NCBI GenBank assembly: GCA_947630625.1
Contig: CANRIL010000005.1
Coordinates: 6,205-70,204, forward strand
Source of the DNA: an uncultured Clostridia bacterium
Lineage (GTDB): Bacteria; Bacillota; Clostridia; Oscillospirales; CAG-272
DNA: 64,000 nt
Reading direction: 5' to 3'
Shown here: piece after piece, positions 19,435 to 29,073 of the stretch
How the letters are laid out: each line of letters opens with the position of its first letter
Position numbering within the stretch: position 1 is the stretch's first letter
The notes under the pieces: model-generated
Database searches by the model: none
What the model was told of the DNA's origin: nothing
Seen by the model: the letters and a program-made list of their open reading frames with translations, nothing else
Made by a program: the position numbers and the translations under genes

Positions 19435-22030
19435 CATATCCGGCGCATGGCGCTGGGAAACGGACGAACACGACGACGGCATCCGCCGCGAGCTTTACAG
19501 ATGCGAACTTAAAAACGACGGCTTCATTCTTCCGGGCTCGACGTGCGACAACATGATCGGCAGAAAGCAGGAATTATACGATTCCCTCTCAAAGGAAGCC
19601 GCGCGCGCCCCGCGCGAAAGATACGAATATATCGGCGTTCTGTGGCTCTCGAAAAAGATCCTGATACCAAACGCGGCGCGCGGCAAGCGGATCAGTCTTT
19701 ATTTCGAGCGCGTCAACATTTCGTCCGAGCTGTGGCTTGACGGCGTCCGCGTCGGCAGGCGCAAGATCGGGCTCTCGACGCCGCACATATACGAGCTCCC
19801 GCGAAATACCGAACCGGGCGAGCACACAGTCACGCTGCGCATCGACAACCGCAACCTGCTCAATTTCGGAGACATGGCGAGCGGCTATTCGATAGACACG
19901 CAGGGCATCTGGTGCGGCATTATCGGCGAGCTTAAGCTTATTGCCGAGGACATAATACACGCTGAAAACATTGCTGTCTACACGGACGGCGCCGACATCC
20001 GCGTCAAAATGACCATTGCCTCCGGCATCGAAAAGCCGAGCGATCGGGCACGTGCCGATGTGACGCTGACCGTCATCTCGCCCGCCGGCGAGATTGCGGC
20101 GAAAGAACGCTTCTCCCGCGTGCTATATAATTCGCGCCAGCCCGAAACGTTTGAACTTCATATTCCGTCTCCCGTTTTCTGGGACGAATTCTCTTCCGCG
20201 CTCTATACGCTTAACGTTGACTGCAACGGGGAATCAAAGTCCGTGCGCTTCGGCATACGCACCGTTTCCGTCCGCGAAAAGCGCCTCTTTATAAACGACC
20301 GCCCTCTCTCCCTGCGCGGTACCATCGACTGCGCCCAATACCCGCTCTCCGGTTATCCGCCGGTCGAAAAATCGGTCTGGGAGCGCAATTTCAGGATCAT
20401 CAAAAGCTACGGGCTCAACCACGTCAGATTTCACGCGTGGTGCCCTCCGTCAGCGGCGTTTGACGCCGCGGACGAGGCAGGGATTTACGTATCAGTCGAA
20501 ATGCCGCTCTGGATAAACCGCGACGTGACGCCGCTCGAATACGGCGACGACGCGATACATGACATGTACTACATGCGCGAGGCGCGCGAAATTTCAAAAA
20601 CTTACGGCAATCACCCGTGCTTCATCATGTTTTCAAACGGAAACGAAACGATGGGCAATTTCGAGCTGCTCTCCGAGATCACAAAAATGATGCGCGCCCT
20701 CGACCCGCGCCGCCTCTACACGCTGACCTCGAATTTCGACCGCCCGATAATGGAATGCGAGGACTATTTCTGCACGCAGCGCGCGTACGGACATGACGTG
20801 AGGATACAGAGCCTGCATGAAAAGATCGCGGAGGGGACGTATCTTGATTATTCGGACGCCGTGGCGGCATCCCCGGTACCGGTCGTCTCATTTGAAGTCG
20901 GGCAGTACTGCTCGTTCCCCGACCTCACCGTCTGCGAACGCTACACCGGCAGCATGCTCCCCGTCAATTTCGACGCGATCCGAAAGCACATGACATCTCG
21001 CGGACTTTATCCCCGACTTCGCGACTACGTCGCCGCCTCCGGCGACCTCGCCGTCCGCCTCTATCGCGAGGATATTGAAGCCGCGCTGCGGACGCACGGC
21101 CTCGGCGGCTTCCAGCTCCTCTCGCTCACCGACTATACAGGGCAGAGCACCGCGACGGTCGGGCTGCTCGATGTCTTTTTCGAAAGCAAAGGCTTCATCG
21201 AGCCGGAAGCGTTCCGCCGATTCTGCTCCGACGTGGTCCCCCTTTTAAAGTCAAAGCGCATATTCAAAAATACCGAGCCGTTTGCGGCGGAGCTCGATCT
21301 ATACGATTACGGCAAAGAGCCGATACGCAGCCCCGTGTTCCGGCTGAAGATCAGCGCAGACGGAACGATCATACATGACATAACGACGGAACAAACGTCC
21401 GTCTGTCTCCCGCTTGACATGATAACGTCGCCGACGGCGCTCGACGTAACGCTTTCGGTCGGCGAACATGAAAATTCGCGCCGCGTCTTCGTTTTCCCCG
21501 AACCGACCGACGTGCCCGAACCGCTGATCGTCAAAGACGCATCATCGCTTCGCCGCGTGATCGAACAAGGCGGACGCGCAGTTGTCACCGCCGATATTCT
21601 CTCATCCCCTACGCGCGGCAGCTTCATCCCCGTCTTCTGGTCGCCCGTTCACTTCCCGACCGACCGCCCGAGCGGCTATATCATAGATGAAACTCACGCT
21701 TCCCTCGCCGGATTCCCGACAGAACGGTATCCCGATTACGAATGGAAAACGCCGCTCGATCACTCAAAAAACGCCGATATTACAGCTCTCGACGACTTTG
21801 AGCCTATAATCGAGGTCGTGCCCAACTTCGTCGACTGCACGCGGCGCTCGCCGCTGTTTGAGGCGCGCGTCGGCGGCGCGTCTCTCCTGTTCTGCGGGTT
21901 TGACCTCTCGCTTGACGACATCCCGACGCGGCAGCTCAGAAACAGCATATATTCATACGCCGCCTCCGCCGCGTTTGCGCCGAAAGCGGAGGTGTCGCCG
22001 GACGCGATCTATACAGTATTCGGGATTTAA
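19421..22030 (+). CDS. Glycoside hydrolase family 2-like enzyme (sugar-binding, Ig-like and TIM-barrel domains)
   Basis: 869 aa. GH2-type layout (ISLYFERVNISSELWLDG, NHVRFHAWCPPSAAFDAADEAGIYVSVEMP, FSNGNE). The start overlaps the upstream gene by 14 nt. Confidence 0.65.
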   Translation: MITTDISGAWRWETDEHDDGIRRELYRCELKNDGFILPGSTCDNMIGRKQELYDSLSKEAARAPRERYEYIGVLWLSKKILIPNAARGKRISLYFERVNISSELWLDGVRVGRRKIGLSTPHIYELPRNTEPGEHTVTLRIDNRNLLNFGDMASGYSIDTQGIWCGIIGELKLIAEDIIHAENIAVYTDGADIRVKMTIASGIEKPSDRARADVTLTVISPAGEIAAKERFSRVLYNSRQPETFELHIPSPVFWDEFSSALYTLNVDCNGESKSVRFGIRTVSVREKRLFINDRPLSLRGTIDCAQYPLSGYPPVEKSVWERNFRIIKSYGLNHVRFHAWCPPSAAFDAADEAGIYVSVEMPLWINRDVTPLEYGDDAIHDMYYMREAREISKTYGNHPCFIMFSNGNETMGNFELLSEITKMMRALDPRRLYTLTSNFDRPIMECEDYFCTQRAYGHDVRIQSLHEKIAEGTYLDYSDAVAASPVPVVSFEVGQYCSFPDLTVCERYTGSMLPVNFDAIRKHMTSRGLYPRLRDYVAASGDLAVRLYREDIEAALRTHGLGGFQLLSLTDYTGQSTATVGLLDVFFESKGFIEPEAFRRFCSDVVPLLKSKRIFKNTEPFAAELDLYDYGKEPIRSPVFRLKISADGTIIHDITTEQTSVCLPLDMITSPTALDVTLSVGEHENSRRVFVFPEPTDVPEPLIVKDASSLRRVIEQGGRAVVTADILSSPTRGSFIPVFWSPVHFPTDRPSGYIIDETHASLAGFPTERYPDYEWKTPLDHSKNADITALDDFEPIIEVVPNFVDCTRRSPLFEARVGGASLLFCGFDLSLDDIPTRQLRNSIYSYAASAAFAPKAEVSPDAIYTVFGI

Positions 22031-22326
22031 CGCCCGGAGGGAAATCATCCGCCGTCTCTGCATGGTCAAAACCGTCTGTCGGGCGGAATTATAAAAACAT
22101 CAACGAGAAAACGCGGGACGAATATAGGTCTGTTCTCCCGATTAACGAGAACGTCCCCTATCGAATTCAAGAAAAAAAAACAGTTCCGCTCCATTGAAAA
22201 CCGCCGCCGCGTGCGCAGATTTTCCGGTTTAGGCCGCAGAAGGGATTAATTATCCTTGCATTTTCCGTTTTTTTGTAGTATCATTATCTTAATAAATACG
22301 TTTTTTGTTTTGAAAGGCGTCTCTTT

Positions 22327-24393
22327 ATGAAAAACCTGAGATTAAGAAAAACGATATCCCTTTTCCTTTGCCTTATCATGCTCGCCCTGCCGGGCATGAT
22401 CTCCTCATGCGCCGGGGACGGCGGCGACGGCACAGGAACATCCGCCGGTTCCGGCACGACCGCGGAGACCGACGCGCCCGGGACGGAGGAGATCATCGAC
22501 CCGTCGCTCATAGTTACGCCCGACAGCGTCAATATCGACACGAAAATAACGATATCCCCGCTCAACGCCTCGACAAACAACGACGGCTTGTTCCAGGGCT
22601 GGGGCACGAGCCTTTGCTGGTGGGCGAACAGGATCGGATATTCCGATACGCTCTCGCAGCTCGCCGCCGACCTCTTCTACGGCGACGACGGGCTTCGCCT
22701 CAACATTATGCGCTACAACATCGGCGGCGGCGACGACCCGACGCACCACCATATAACGAGGACGGATTCCGCCATCCCCGGCTGGCTCGTCTGGGACGAG
22801 ACAAAGGGCGACTACGTCTACGACTACGACGCCGACAAAAACCAGCTCAACGTGCTCAAGCGCGCCGTTGACGCGGCAGGCGACAACGCGCTCGTCGAGG
22901 TATTCTCCAATTCGCCCCCGTACTTCATGACGAACAGCGGCTGCTCCTCCGGAAATACCGACGCAAACGTCAACAATCTGAAATTGTCCTCGTACGAAGA
23001 ATTTGCCGAATACCTTGCGCATGTCACAAACTACATACAGAACACGCTCGGCATCAAGGTCGCGAGCGTCGCGCCCATGAACGAGCCGAACACAAACTAC
23101 TGGGGCGCCTACAGCGACAAGCAGGAGGGCTGCCACTTCGACGCCGGCTCTGCGCAGTCAAAGATAATCACGCTTACGGCGGAGGCGCTCAGGCAATACG
23201 ACCTTGACAACGTCATAATCTCCGCAAGCGACGAGACGAGCACCTGGAAGCAGATCGAGGAATATCACTCATACTCGCCCGACGCAAAAGCCGTCATCGG
23301 CAGAATAAACACGCACTCCTACGACACGAGCAACATCGCGGAGCTCGGTCAGCTCGCCCGTGACGAGGACTTTGTCCTCTGGATGAGCGAGGTAGACGGC
23401 AGCGGCACCGCCGGGCAGAACGCGGGCGAAATGGGCTCCGCCCTCTGGTTCGGCGAGAAGATAATCTCCGACATAAACGGGCTTTCGCCGTCCGCATGGA
23501 TCATGTGGCAGGCGATCGACAACCACATCTCGAAAGACGGCTACAACGGCAACAAGGATTTCGGCATGGTCGACGTAAACGGGGGATTCTGGGGGCTCGC
23601 GGTCGCGGATCATGACAAAGAGGACATAATCCTTACCCAGAAATATTACGGCATGGGTCAGTTCACGCGCTATATCCGTCCGGGATACACGCTCATAACG
23701 TGCGGCTCTGATTCGCTCGCCGCATATGACAGGGAAAACGGAACGCTCGTCGTCGTGGCGATAAATCCCACATCGGCTGACAAAACGGCCGACATCGACC
23801 TCTCGCTCTTTGATAAGATCGGTCAAAGAGTCAAGGTCGTCCGCACAAGCGGCGGCACAAACGGAGGCGAGCAGTGGGCGGAGCTTGACGATATTCTGGC
23901 GTATGACAACGGCTTTGTCGCGACGCTTAAGGCAAATTCCATCACGACGTACATAATGGAAAACGTCGAGATGGGCGAGGTCACGCTTGACGAAATTTCG
24001 CTCAAGGACGCAACCGTCACCGGCTCGACGCCGTGGAACAACGGCGCCGATGTCGCCGCGAACGTCGTTGACGGCAGTCTCGGCTCCTTCTTCGATGGGG
24101 TTGAAGGCGGCTGGCTGCAGATCGACCTCGGAGACGAAACCGAATTTGACGTGCTCGGCTTTGCGCCGCGCTCCGCATATGAAGGGCGCATGGCGGGCGG
24201 AATTTTCTACGGCTCAAATGACGGCGAGAACTGGACCCCCATATATACTGTCGAGGGAACACCCGCCGGAGGCCTCAACTACGTCTTCCTTGACTCGACG
24301 TGCAAATACCGCTTCATCCGCTACTCCGGCCCCGAAGGCTCCGCAGACTTTTTATGTAATATAGCCGAGATCATGCTTTTCAAAAAGGCATAG
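22327..24393 (+). CDS. Lipoprotein glycoside hydrolase family 30-like enzyme with a C-terminal F5/8 type C (discoidin) domain
   Basis: 688 aa. Lipobox MISSC. GH30-like WGTSLCWWANRIG, NEPN, catalytic-region MSEVDG. The C-terminus (NVVDGSLGSFFDG..GWLQIDLG) is typical of discoidin/CBM32-like modules. Confidence 0.65.
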   Translation: MKNLRLRKTISLFLCLIMLALPGMISSCAGDGGDGTGTSAGSGTTAETDAPGTEEIIDPSLIVTPDSVNIDTKITISPLNASTNNDGLFQGWGTSLCWWANRIGYSDTLSQLAADLFYGDDGLRLNIMRYNIGGGDDPTHHHITRTDSAIPGWLVWDETKGDYVYDYDADKNQLNVLKRAVDAAGDNALVEVFSNSPPYFMTNSGCSSGNTDANVNNLKLSSYEEFAEYLAHVTNYIQNTLGIKVASVAPMNEPNTNYWGAYSDKQEGCHFDAGSAQSKIITLTAEALRQYDLDNVIISASDETSTWKQIEEYHSYSPDAKAVIGRINTHSYDTSNIAELGQLARDEDFVLWMSEVDGSGTAGQNAGEMGSALWFGEKIISDINGLSPSAWIMWQAIDNHISKDGYNGNKDFGMVDVNGGFWGLAVADHDKEDIILTQKYYGMGQFTRYIRPGYTLITCGSDSLAAYDRENGTLVVVAINPTSADKTADIDLSLFDKIGQRVKVVRTSGGTNGGEQWAELDDILAYDNGFVATLKANSITTYIMENVEMGEVTLDEISLKDATVTGSTPWNNGADVAANVVDGSLGSFFDGVEGGWLQIDLGDETEFDVLGFAPRSAYEGRMAGGIFYGSNDGENWTPIYTVEGTPAGGLNYVFLDSTCKYRFIRYSGPEGSADFLCNIAEIMLFKKA

Positions 24394-24415
24394 ACCGGTA
24401 TAATCAAATCACCCC

Positions 24416-24448
24416 GCGCGGGAGGACGGCAAAATGTCCTCCCGCGCT
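24416..24448 (+). terminator. Hairpin downstream of the GH30 gene
   Basis: CGCGGGAGGAC-ggcaaaat-GTCCTCCCGCG, a perfect 11-bp stem with a weak U tail (CTTGTC). Confidence 0.45.
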
Positions 24449-24497
24449 TGTCACACGTTAAAATGCCAATTATACACGAAAAAATGGAGGTGCGAGT

Positions 24498-25955
24498 ATG
24501 AACGCCCGGACGCTGCTTTCAGCCGACCACGACCGCTCGGTGCCGTATCACGTTATAGAGGACTTGAAAATAAATAATATCTTCTCCGAGCACACGGCGC
24601 ATATAATGACGCACACTTGCGGGCGGGACGTGATACTAAAGCGGCAGGCGCTTTTTTCTCTTCTTGAGAAAAGCGAGTATAGAGAATCGTTTTCGTCGTT
24701 TCACCGGGAGCTGCTCGATGTGCGGCGGCTGACGGCGATGTACAAAAAGACGCCGCAGTCCGCGGCGAAAACTTATATCCTCGCCGCGCTCGAGCGGCGC
24801 TATATCTCCGCCTGCCGCATGATGGCGCCGCTCCGCGGCTGCGAGCTGACAGACGCGCTTTACGACTTCTGGTGCTGCGGGGAACACGAAAAGCTGCTCG
24901 ATTCCGTAAGCCGCGCCGTTGAAGCGGCAGCGCCCGACTTGTCGACGCTCTCCCGCTTTGACCTCTCGTTTCACGAAAAATCGTGGCTGACTGCCGACCT
25001 TGAAAGCGTGCCATACATCGAAACCGTGCGGGAATGCGCCGCCTCCCTCGGCTTCTCCGTCGACGGCGGCGCGCGAATGAGGACGCACCCCAACGGTATC
25101 ACGGTCAGCGCCTCGATCGACGCGCCCCTCTGCGCGTTCTTTTCCGCCGAGCTCGAAGGTGCGTCATCCGCGCTCGTCCCGTTTAAAGCGCTGCTGGCGG
25201 ACGAGCTTTCAGCGCTGTCGGCTGAAACCTCGTTCTGCCTTGAAATATGCGAATTCATGGACGGAATAAGATCGCGCGGGCTGCCGCTCGCCTTTCCACG
25301 AATCGCCGGGGAGCGAAAATATTTTGCGCGCGGCGCCTGCGACCCGACGCTGACGCACAAAAGCGCCGCCGAGACGGTGCCGAACGACATCGACTTTTGC
25401 GAAGGGGAGGAATTTTATTTTCTGCTCGGCGCGAACGGCGGCGGGAAGACGACATATCTGCGCACCGTCGGCGTGAATCTGCTCCTGTTTTTGTCCGGCG
25501 CGCCGATCGTCGCCGAGGACGCCGAAATATATCCGTTTCGCGGCGTCAACACACATTTTCCCGTCGACGAACGCTCCCTCGGCATGGGCAGGCTCGACGA
25601 GGAACGCGTCCGCGCGGACGCGATGCTCGCCTCCGCCGACCCCGACGATTCATTTTTAATATTCAACGAAACTTACAGCGGCACCGATGACAAGCTCGGC
25701 TGCGAGCTGACGAAAAAGACCGCGGACGCGCTTTCGGAAAAGCACGTCTACGGCATATACGTGACGCATTTTCACGAGCTTTATTCCGCCGGCGGCGGAT
25801 ATAATTTCCTCGAAGCCGTGGTCGACGAAAAAAACGGAAACGCCCGCACGTACAGGATCGTGAAACAAAGCACAAAGCGCGGTTCGTTTGCCTTCGACAT
25901 CCTGAAAAAATACGGGCTTGACCGCGCCTCGCTCGAAAGGAGGGACGCAACATGA
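24498..25955 (+). CDS. MutS-related ABC-type ATPase (MutS core/domain V only; no mismatch-binding domain, no Smr)
   Basis: 485 aa. Walker A LLGANGGGKTTYLRTVG (about 25421-25456), Walker B region FLIFNETYSGTD (about 25653-25690), THFHEL. GGAGGTG RBS. Confidence 0.7.
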   Translation: MNARTLLSADHDRSVPYHVIEDLKINNIFSEHTAHIMTHTCGRDVILKRQALFSLLEKSEYRESFSSFHRELLDVRRLTAMYKKTPQSAAKTYILAALERRYISACRMMAPLRGCELTDALYDFWCCGEHEKLLDSVSRAVEAAAPDLSTLSRFDLSFHEKSWLTADLESVPYIETVRECAASLGFSVDGGARMRTHPNGITVSASIDAPLCAFFSAELEGASSALVPFKALLADELSALSAETSFCLEICEFMDGIRSRGLPLAFPRIAGERKYFARGACDPTLTHKSAAETVPNDIDFCEGEEFYFLLGANGGGKTTYLRTVGVNLLLFLSGAPIVAEDAEIYPFRGVNTHFPVDERSLGMGRLDEERVRADAMLASADPDDSFLIFNETYSGTDDKLGCELTKKTADALSEKHVYGIYVTHFHELYSAGGGYNFLEAVVDEKNGNARTYRIVKQSTKRGSFAFDILKKYGLDRASLERRDAT

Positions 25956-27388
25956 CGCATGACCTTCTCGCTTCCGACAAAACAGGCGTGACGGGCGAGA
26001 GAACATTTTACCACCTGTCGCTCGACATAACGCTTTCCGGCATAATTTCAAATGTCTCCGCCCGGGCGCAGTTCAGGGACGCCCTCGCCTCGCCGCTCAC
26101 GTCCAAGGAGGAGATATTGGAGCGTCAGGCCGTCGTCGCCGACCTCGGCGCGCGCCCCGGCATGCTCGCCGCGCTCGTCAGGCTGTCGGAAGAGTTCGAC
26201 GCAATAAAATCGTCGTGGAACGAATACAGGCGCGCAAAATATACGGCGGAGGCGCAGAAAAAATCGCCGTTAGTCTCGGCTGAGGAGCGGTGCTCAGTCT
26301 CGGCGGTAACGCTCTCGGAGCTGCTGTACTTCGTCCGCGACATCAAAGAAACGCTCGAAAAATTCCGCCCGTCGTCCACATCTCTGCGCGCCGTCCTCGA
26401 TGATGCGCGCAAAGTCGCCGGCGGCGAGCGATTTGACGCGCTTATCTCCGTCTGCGGCGAGCTTGAGCACCGGGCGCGGCTCGCGCCGATCGATCTGCGC
26501 ATAACGCTTGACGAGCTCGGAAGGATACGCACGGCGGAGCTCGTCGACCACAAATATCTCAAGGTCCCCGACCCGAACGCGCCCCAGAAACGAGCGTGGT
26601 TCCGAAAACAGGCGCAGGATGAGATGAAATGCGAGCACGTCACCCCGACGAAGGAGGACGCAAACGAGCTTTTGCCGTCGCCGTTTGTCGAGCTCGCAAA
26701 CGCGCTTGACGACATCTCAAAGCAGATCATCGAGCAGTATTCGGGATTCTGCCGCTCGCTGCCGTTTTTTGCCGCCGCCTCGGAATATATCGCGTTTCTG
26801 ACCGGCCGCGGCGTAGGATTTGTATACCCGACATTTACGGACGGCAAATCGGAGGTCACAGAGCTTTACGATATCGGGCTGCTCGCCTCCGCAGAGGACG
26901 CCGCCAAAATCACGCCGCACACCGTTAAGTCGGAGGCGGGCGGGATCGTCGTCACCGGCGCGAACGGCAGCGGGAAGACGACGCTTCTGCGTTCGCTCGC
27001 GGCGGCGCAGCTGCTCGCGCAGTCCGGACTCCCGATACCGGCAAGCTCAGCCAGGCTGCGCGTCTGCACCGCGATATATACGCAGTTTGCGGAGGGCGAA
27101 CGCGACGCCGGCGACAGCGACGCCGGCAGGTTCGAGCAGGAGGTGCGCGAGCTGTCGCTGCTCGTCGAAAAAGCGCCGCCCGGCTCGCTCGTCGTGCTGA
27201 ACGAGACGTTTCAGTCTACGTCATACAGCGAGGGCGCCGAGGGACTTTACCATATCCTGCGCTATTTCGGACGAAGGGGAATTTCTTATATCCTCGCGAC
27301 CCACATCGGGCAGCTCCACGGGATGCTGCGCGGACAGGCGCTTTGCCTGCGCATGAACGACCGCCGCGAACCCGTGCCCGAAGAATAA
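25952..27388 (+). CDS. Second MutS-related ABC-type ATPase (paralogue of the upstream gene)
   Basis: 478 aa. The start overlaps the upstream stop (ATGA 25952-25955). ILERQAVVADL, Walker A VTGANGSGKTTLLRSLAAAQLLAQSG, Walker B region LVVLNETFQSTS, ATHIGQL. Confidence 0.7.
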   Translation: MTHDLLASDKTGVTGERTFYHLSLDITLSGIISNVSARAQFRDALASPLTSKEEILERQAVVADLGARPGMLAALVRLSEEFDAIKSSWNEYRRAKYTAEAQKKSPLVSAEERCSVSAVTLSELLYFVRDIKETLEKFRPSSTSLRAVLDDARKVAGGERFDALISVCGELEHRARLAPIDLRITLDELGRIRTAELVDHKYLKVPDPNAPQKRAWFRKQAQDEMKCEHVTPTKEDANELLPSPFVELANALDDISKQIIEQYSGFCRSLPFFAAASEYIAFLTGRGVGFVYPTFTDGKSEVTELYDIGLLASAEDAAKITPHTVKSEAGGIVVTGANGSGKTTLLRSLAAAQLLAQSGLPIPASSARLRVCTAIYTQFAEGERDAGDSDAGRFEQEVRELSLLVEKAPPGSLVVLNETFQSTSYSEGAEGLYHILRYFGRRGISYILATHIGQLHGMLRGQALCLRMNDRREPVPEE

Positions 27389-27554
27389 ACACGCGGCGCA
27401 AAAGGGAAAAACATTTCCGCCGCGGGAAAACACAGTTTTGTGTCTTTATTTTTCGGCAAAATGGCTGAAATCGCGGCATGATGCACGATTGCAATTTGTG
27501 AAAAAACGGCTTATACTATATACAGTACAAATTCAAATAAAGGAGTCTTCAACG

Positions 27555-29069
27555 ATGCTAAGACGAGTCAGAACCGAAAACGGATGGGTACGCGGCATTG
27601 AAGCCGCCGACCCGAGAATAACATCATTCAAAGGGATCCCGTTCGCCGCGCCGCCGACGGGGGAAAACCGCTGGCGCGCACCCCAGCCCGCCGCGGACTG
27701 GGAGGGCGAGCGCGAATGCTTCCGCTTCGCGCCGATATCGATGCAGGACACGCCCGGCGTCGGCGGCGGGCTCTATGACCGCGAATGGCACGTCGACCCG
27801 GAGATCGACATGAGCGAGGACTGCCTTTATCTCAACGTCTGGACGAACGCAAAGCGCGCGGACGAAAAGCTCCCCGTCCTCGTCTGGTTTTTCGGCGGCG
27901 GGCTTCAGTGGGGGTACACGGCGGAGATGGAATTTGACGGTGAACGGATCGCGAGGCGCGGCGTCGTCGTTGTCTCCGTCAACTACCGCATAAACGTCTT
28001 CGGCTTCCTCGCGCACCCCGAATTGACCGCGCAGCAGCCGGACGCGCCCGCAAACTTCGGCAGCCTCGACCAGCAGGCGGGGCTCCTTTGGGTGCGCCGC
28101 AATATCGCCGCCTTCGGCGGCGACCCCGACAACATCACGATCGGCGGTCAGTCCGCCGGCGGCGGCAGCGTCATGTCGCAGCTCGCGTGCCCCGCGAATA
28201 AAGGACTTTTCCGCCGCGCCATCGTCGAGAGCGCGCTGATACGCAGCCCATACGCCGGCGGCGGGATATCGCGTCCCGCGACGCTCTCCGACGCGGAGCA
28301 GAACGGCGTCTGTTTCTTTGATTTTCTCGGCGTCAAAACGCTCCGTGAGGCGCGCGCGCTCGACGCCGATTTCATCAGGCATAAATATGCCGAGTTCGCG
28401 TCCTCGCACCCGCGGTTTTATACGGTGCGCGACGACGTTTTCAACTTCGGCGACCCCGTCAACCTCTTTGCGGCGGGCAAATGCGCCGATGTCGACATCA
28501 TGGCGGGCAACACCGCGGACGAATTTTTGAGTTTTATCCGCGCCGAAGACGACGACGCGTTCAGAAAAGAGGCCGTCCGCCTGTTCGGCGGCGATGCGGA
28601 AAAATTCCTCGCCGCGCCTGAGGCGAAGCGCACAGACGGGCACGGCAGATACGCGTTTGTAAACGGGATCGAGGTGACCGTAAAGGCGCTCTTTGAGCGC
28701 GCGGACGCGCTCGGCTCACACTCCCGCCGCTACTACTACCGGTTCGATGTCCCGATGCCCGGCGACGACAACCCCGGCAGCTTCCATTCGAGCGACCTCT
28801 GGTTCTTCTTTGAAACGCTCGCAAAGTGCAGCCGCCCGCTCACGGGAAAATACTACGACCTCGCGCGGCAGATGTGCAATTACTGGTGCAACTTTATAAA
28901 GAGCGGCGACCCGAACGGCGTCGACATAGACGGCGCTCCTCTCCCGCGCTGGGAGCCTTATTCTGCCAAATCGTGCGGCGTCGTCTTCAAGCCGGACGGC
29001 GTCGGGGAGCTCGGGGAGGACGGCGATTTTCTCCGCGTCCTCATCGAACACGTAAAGGAGACGGTATAA
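27555..29069 (+). CDS. Carboxylesterase/lipase, type B family
   Basis: The ORF is open from 27438, but AAGGAG (27540-27545) followed by ATG 27555 gives MLRRVRTENGWVRGI..., the usual family N-terminus. FKGIPFAAPP, EDCLYLNVW, nucleophile elbow GGQSAGG. Confidence 0.85.
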   Translation: MLRRVRTENGWVRGIEAADPRITSFKGIPFAAPPTGENRWRAPQPAADWEGERECFRFAPISMQDTPGVGGGLYDREWHVDPEIDMSEDCLYLNVWTNAKRADEKLPVLVWFFGGGLQWGYTAEMEFDGERIARRGVVVVSVNYRINVFGFLAHPELTAQQPDAPANFGSLDQQAGLLWVRRNIAAFGGDPDNITIGGQSAGGGSVMSQLACPANKGLFRRAIVESALIRSPYAGGGISRPATLSDAEQNGVCFFDFLGVKTLREARALDADFIRHKYAEFASSHPRFYTVRDDVFNFGDPVNLFAAGKCADVDIMAGNTADEFLSFIRAEDDDAFRKEAVRLFGGDAEKFLAAPEAKRTDGHGRYAFVNGIEVTVKALFERADALGSHSRRYYYRFDVPMPGDDNPGSFHSSDLWFFFETLAKCSRPLTGKYYDLARQMCNYWCNFIKSGDPNGVDIDGAPLPRWEPYSAKSCGVVFKPDGVGELGEDGDFLRVLIEHVKETV

Positions 29070-29073
29070 CAAA

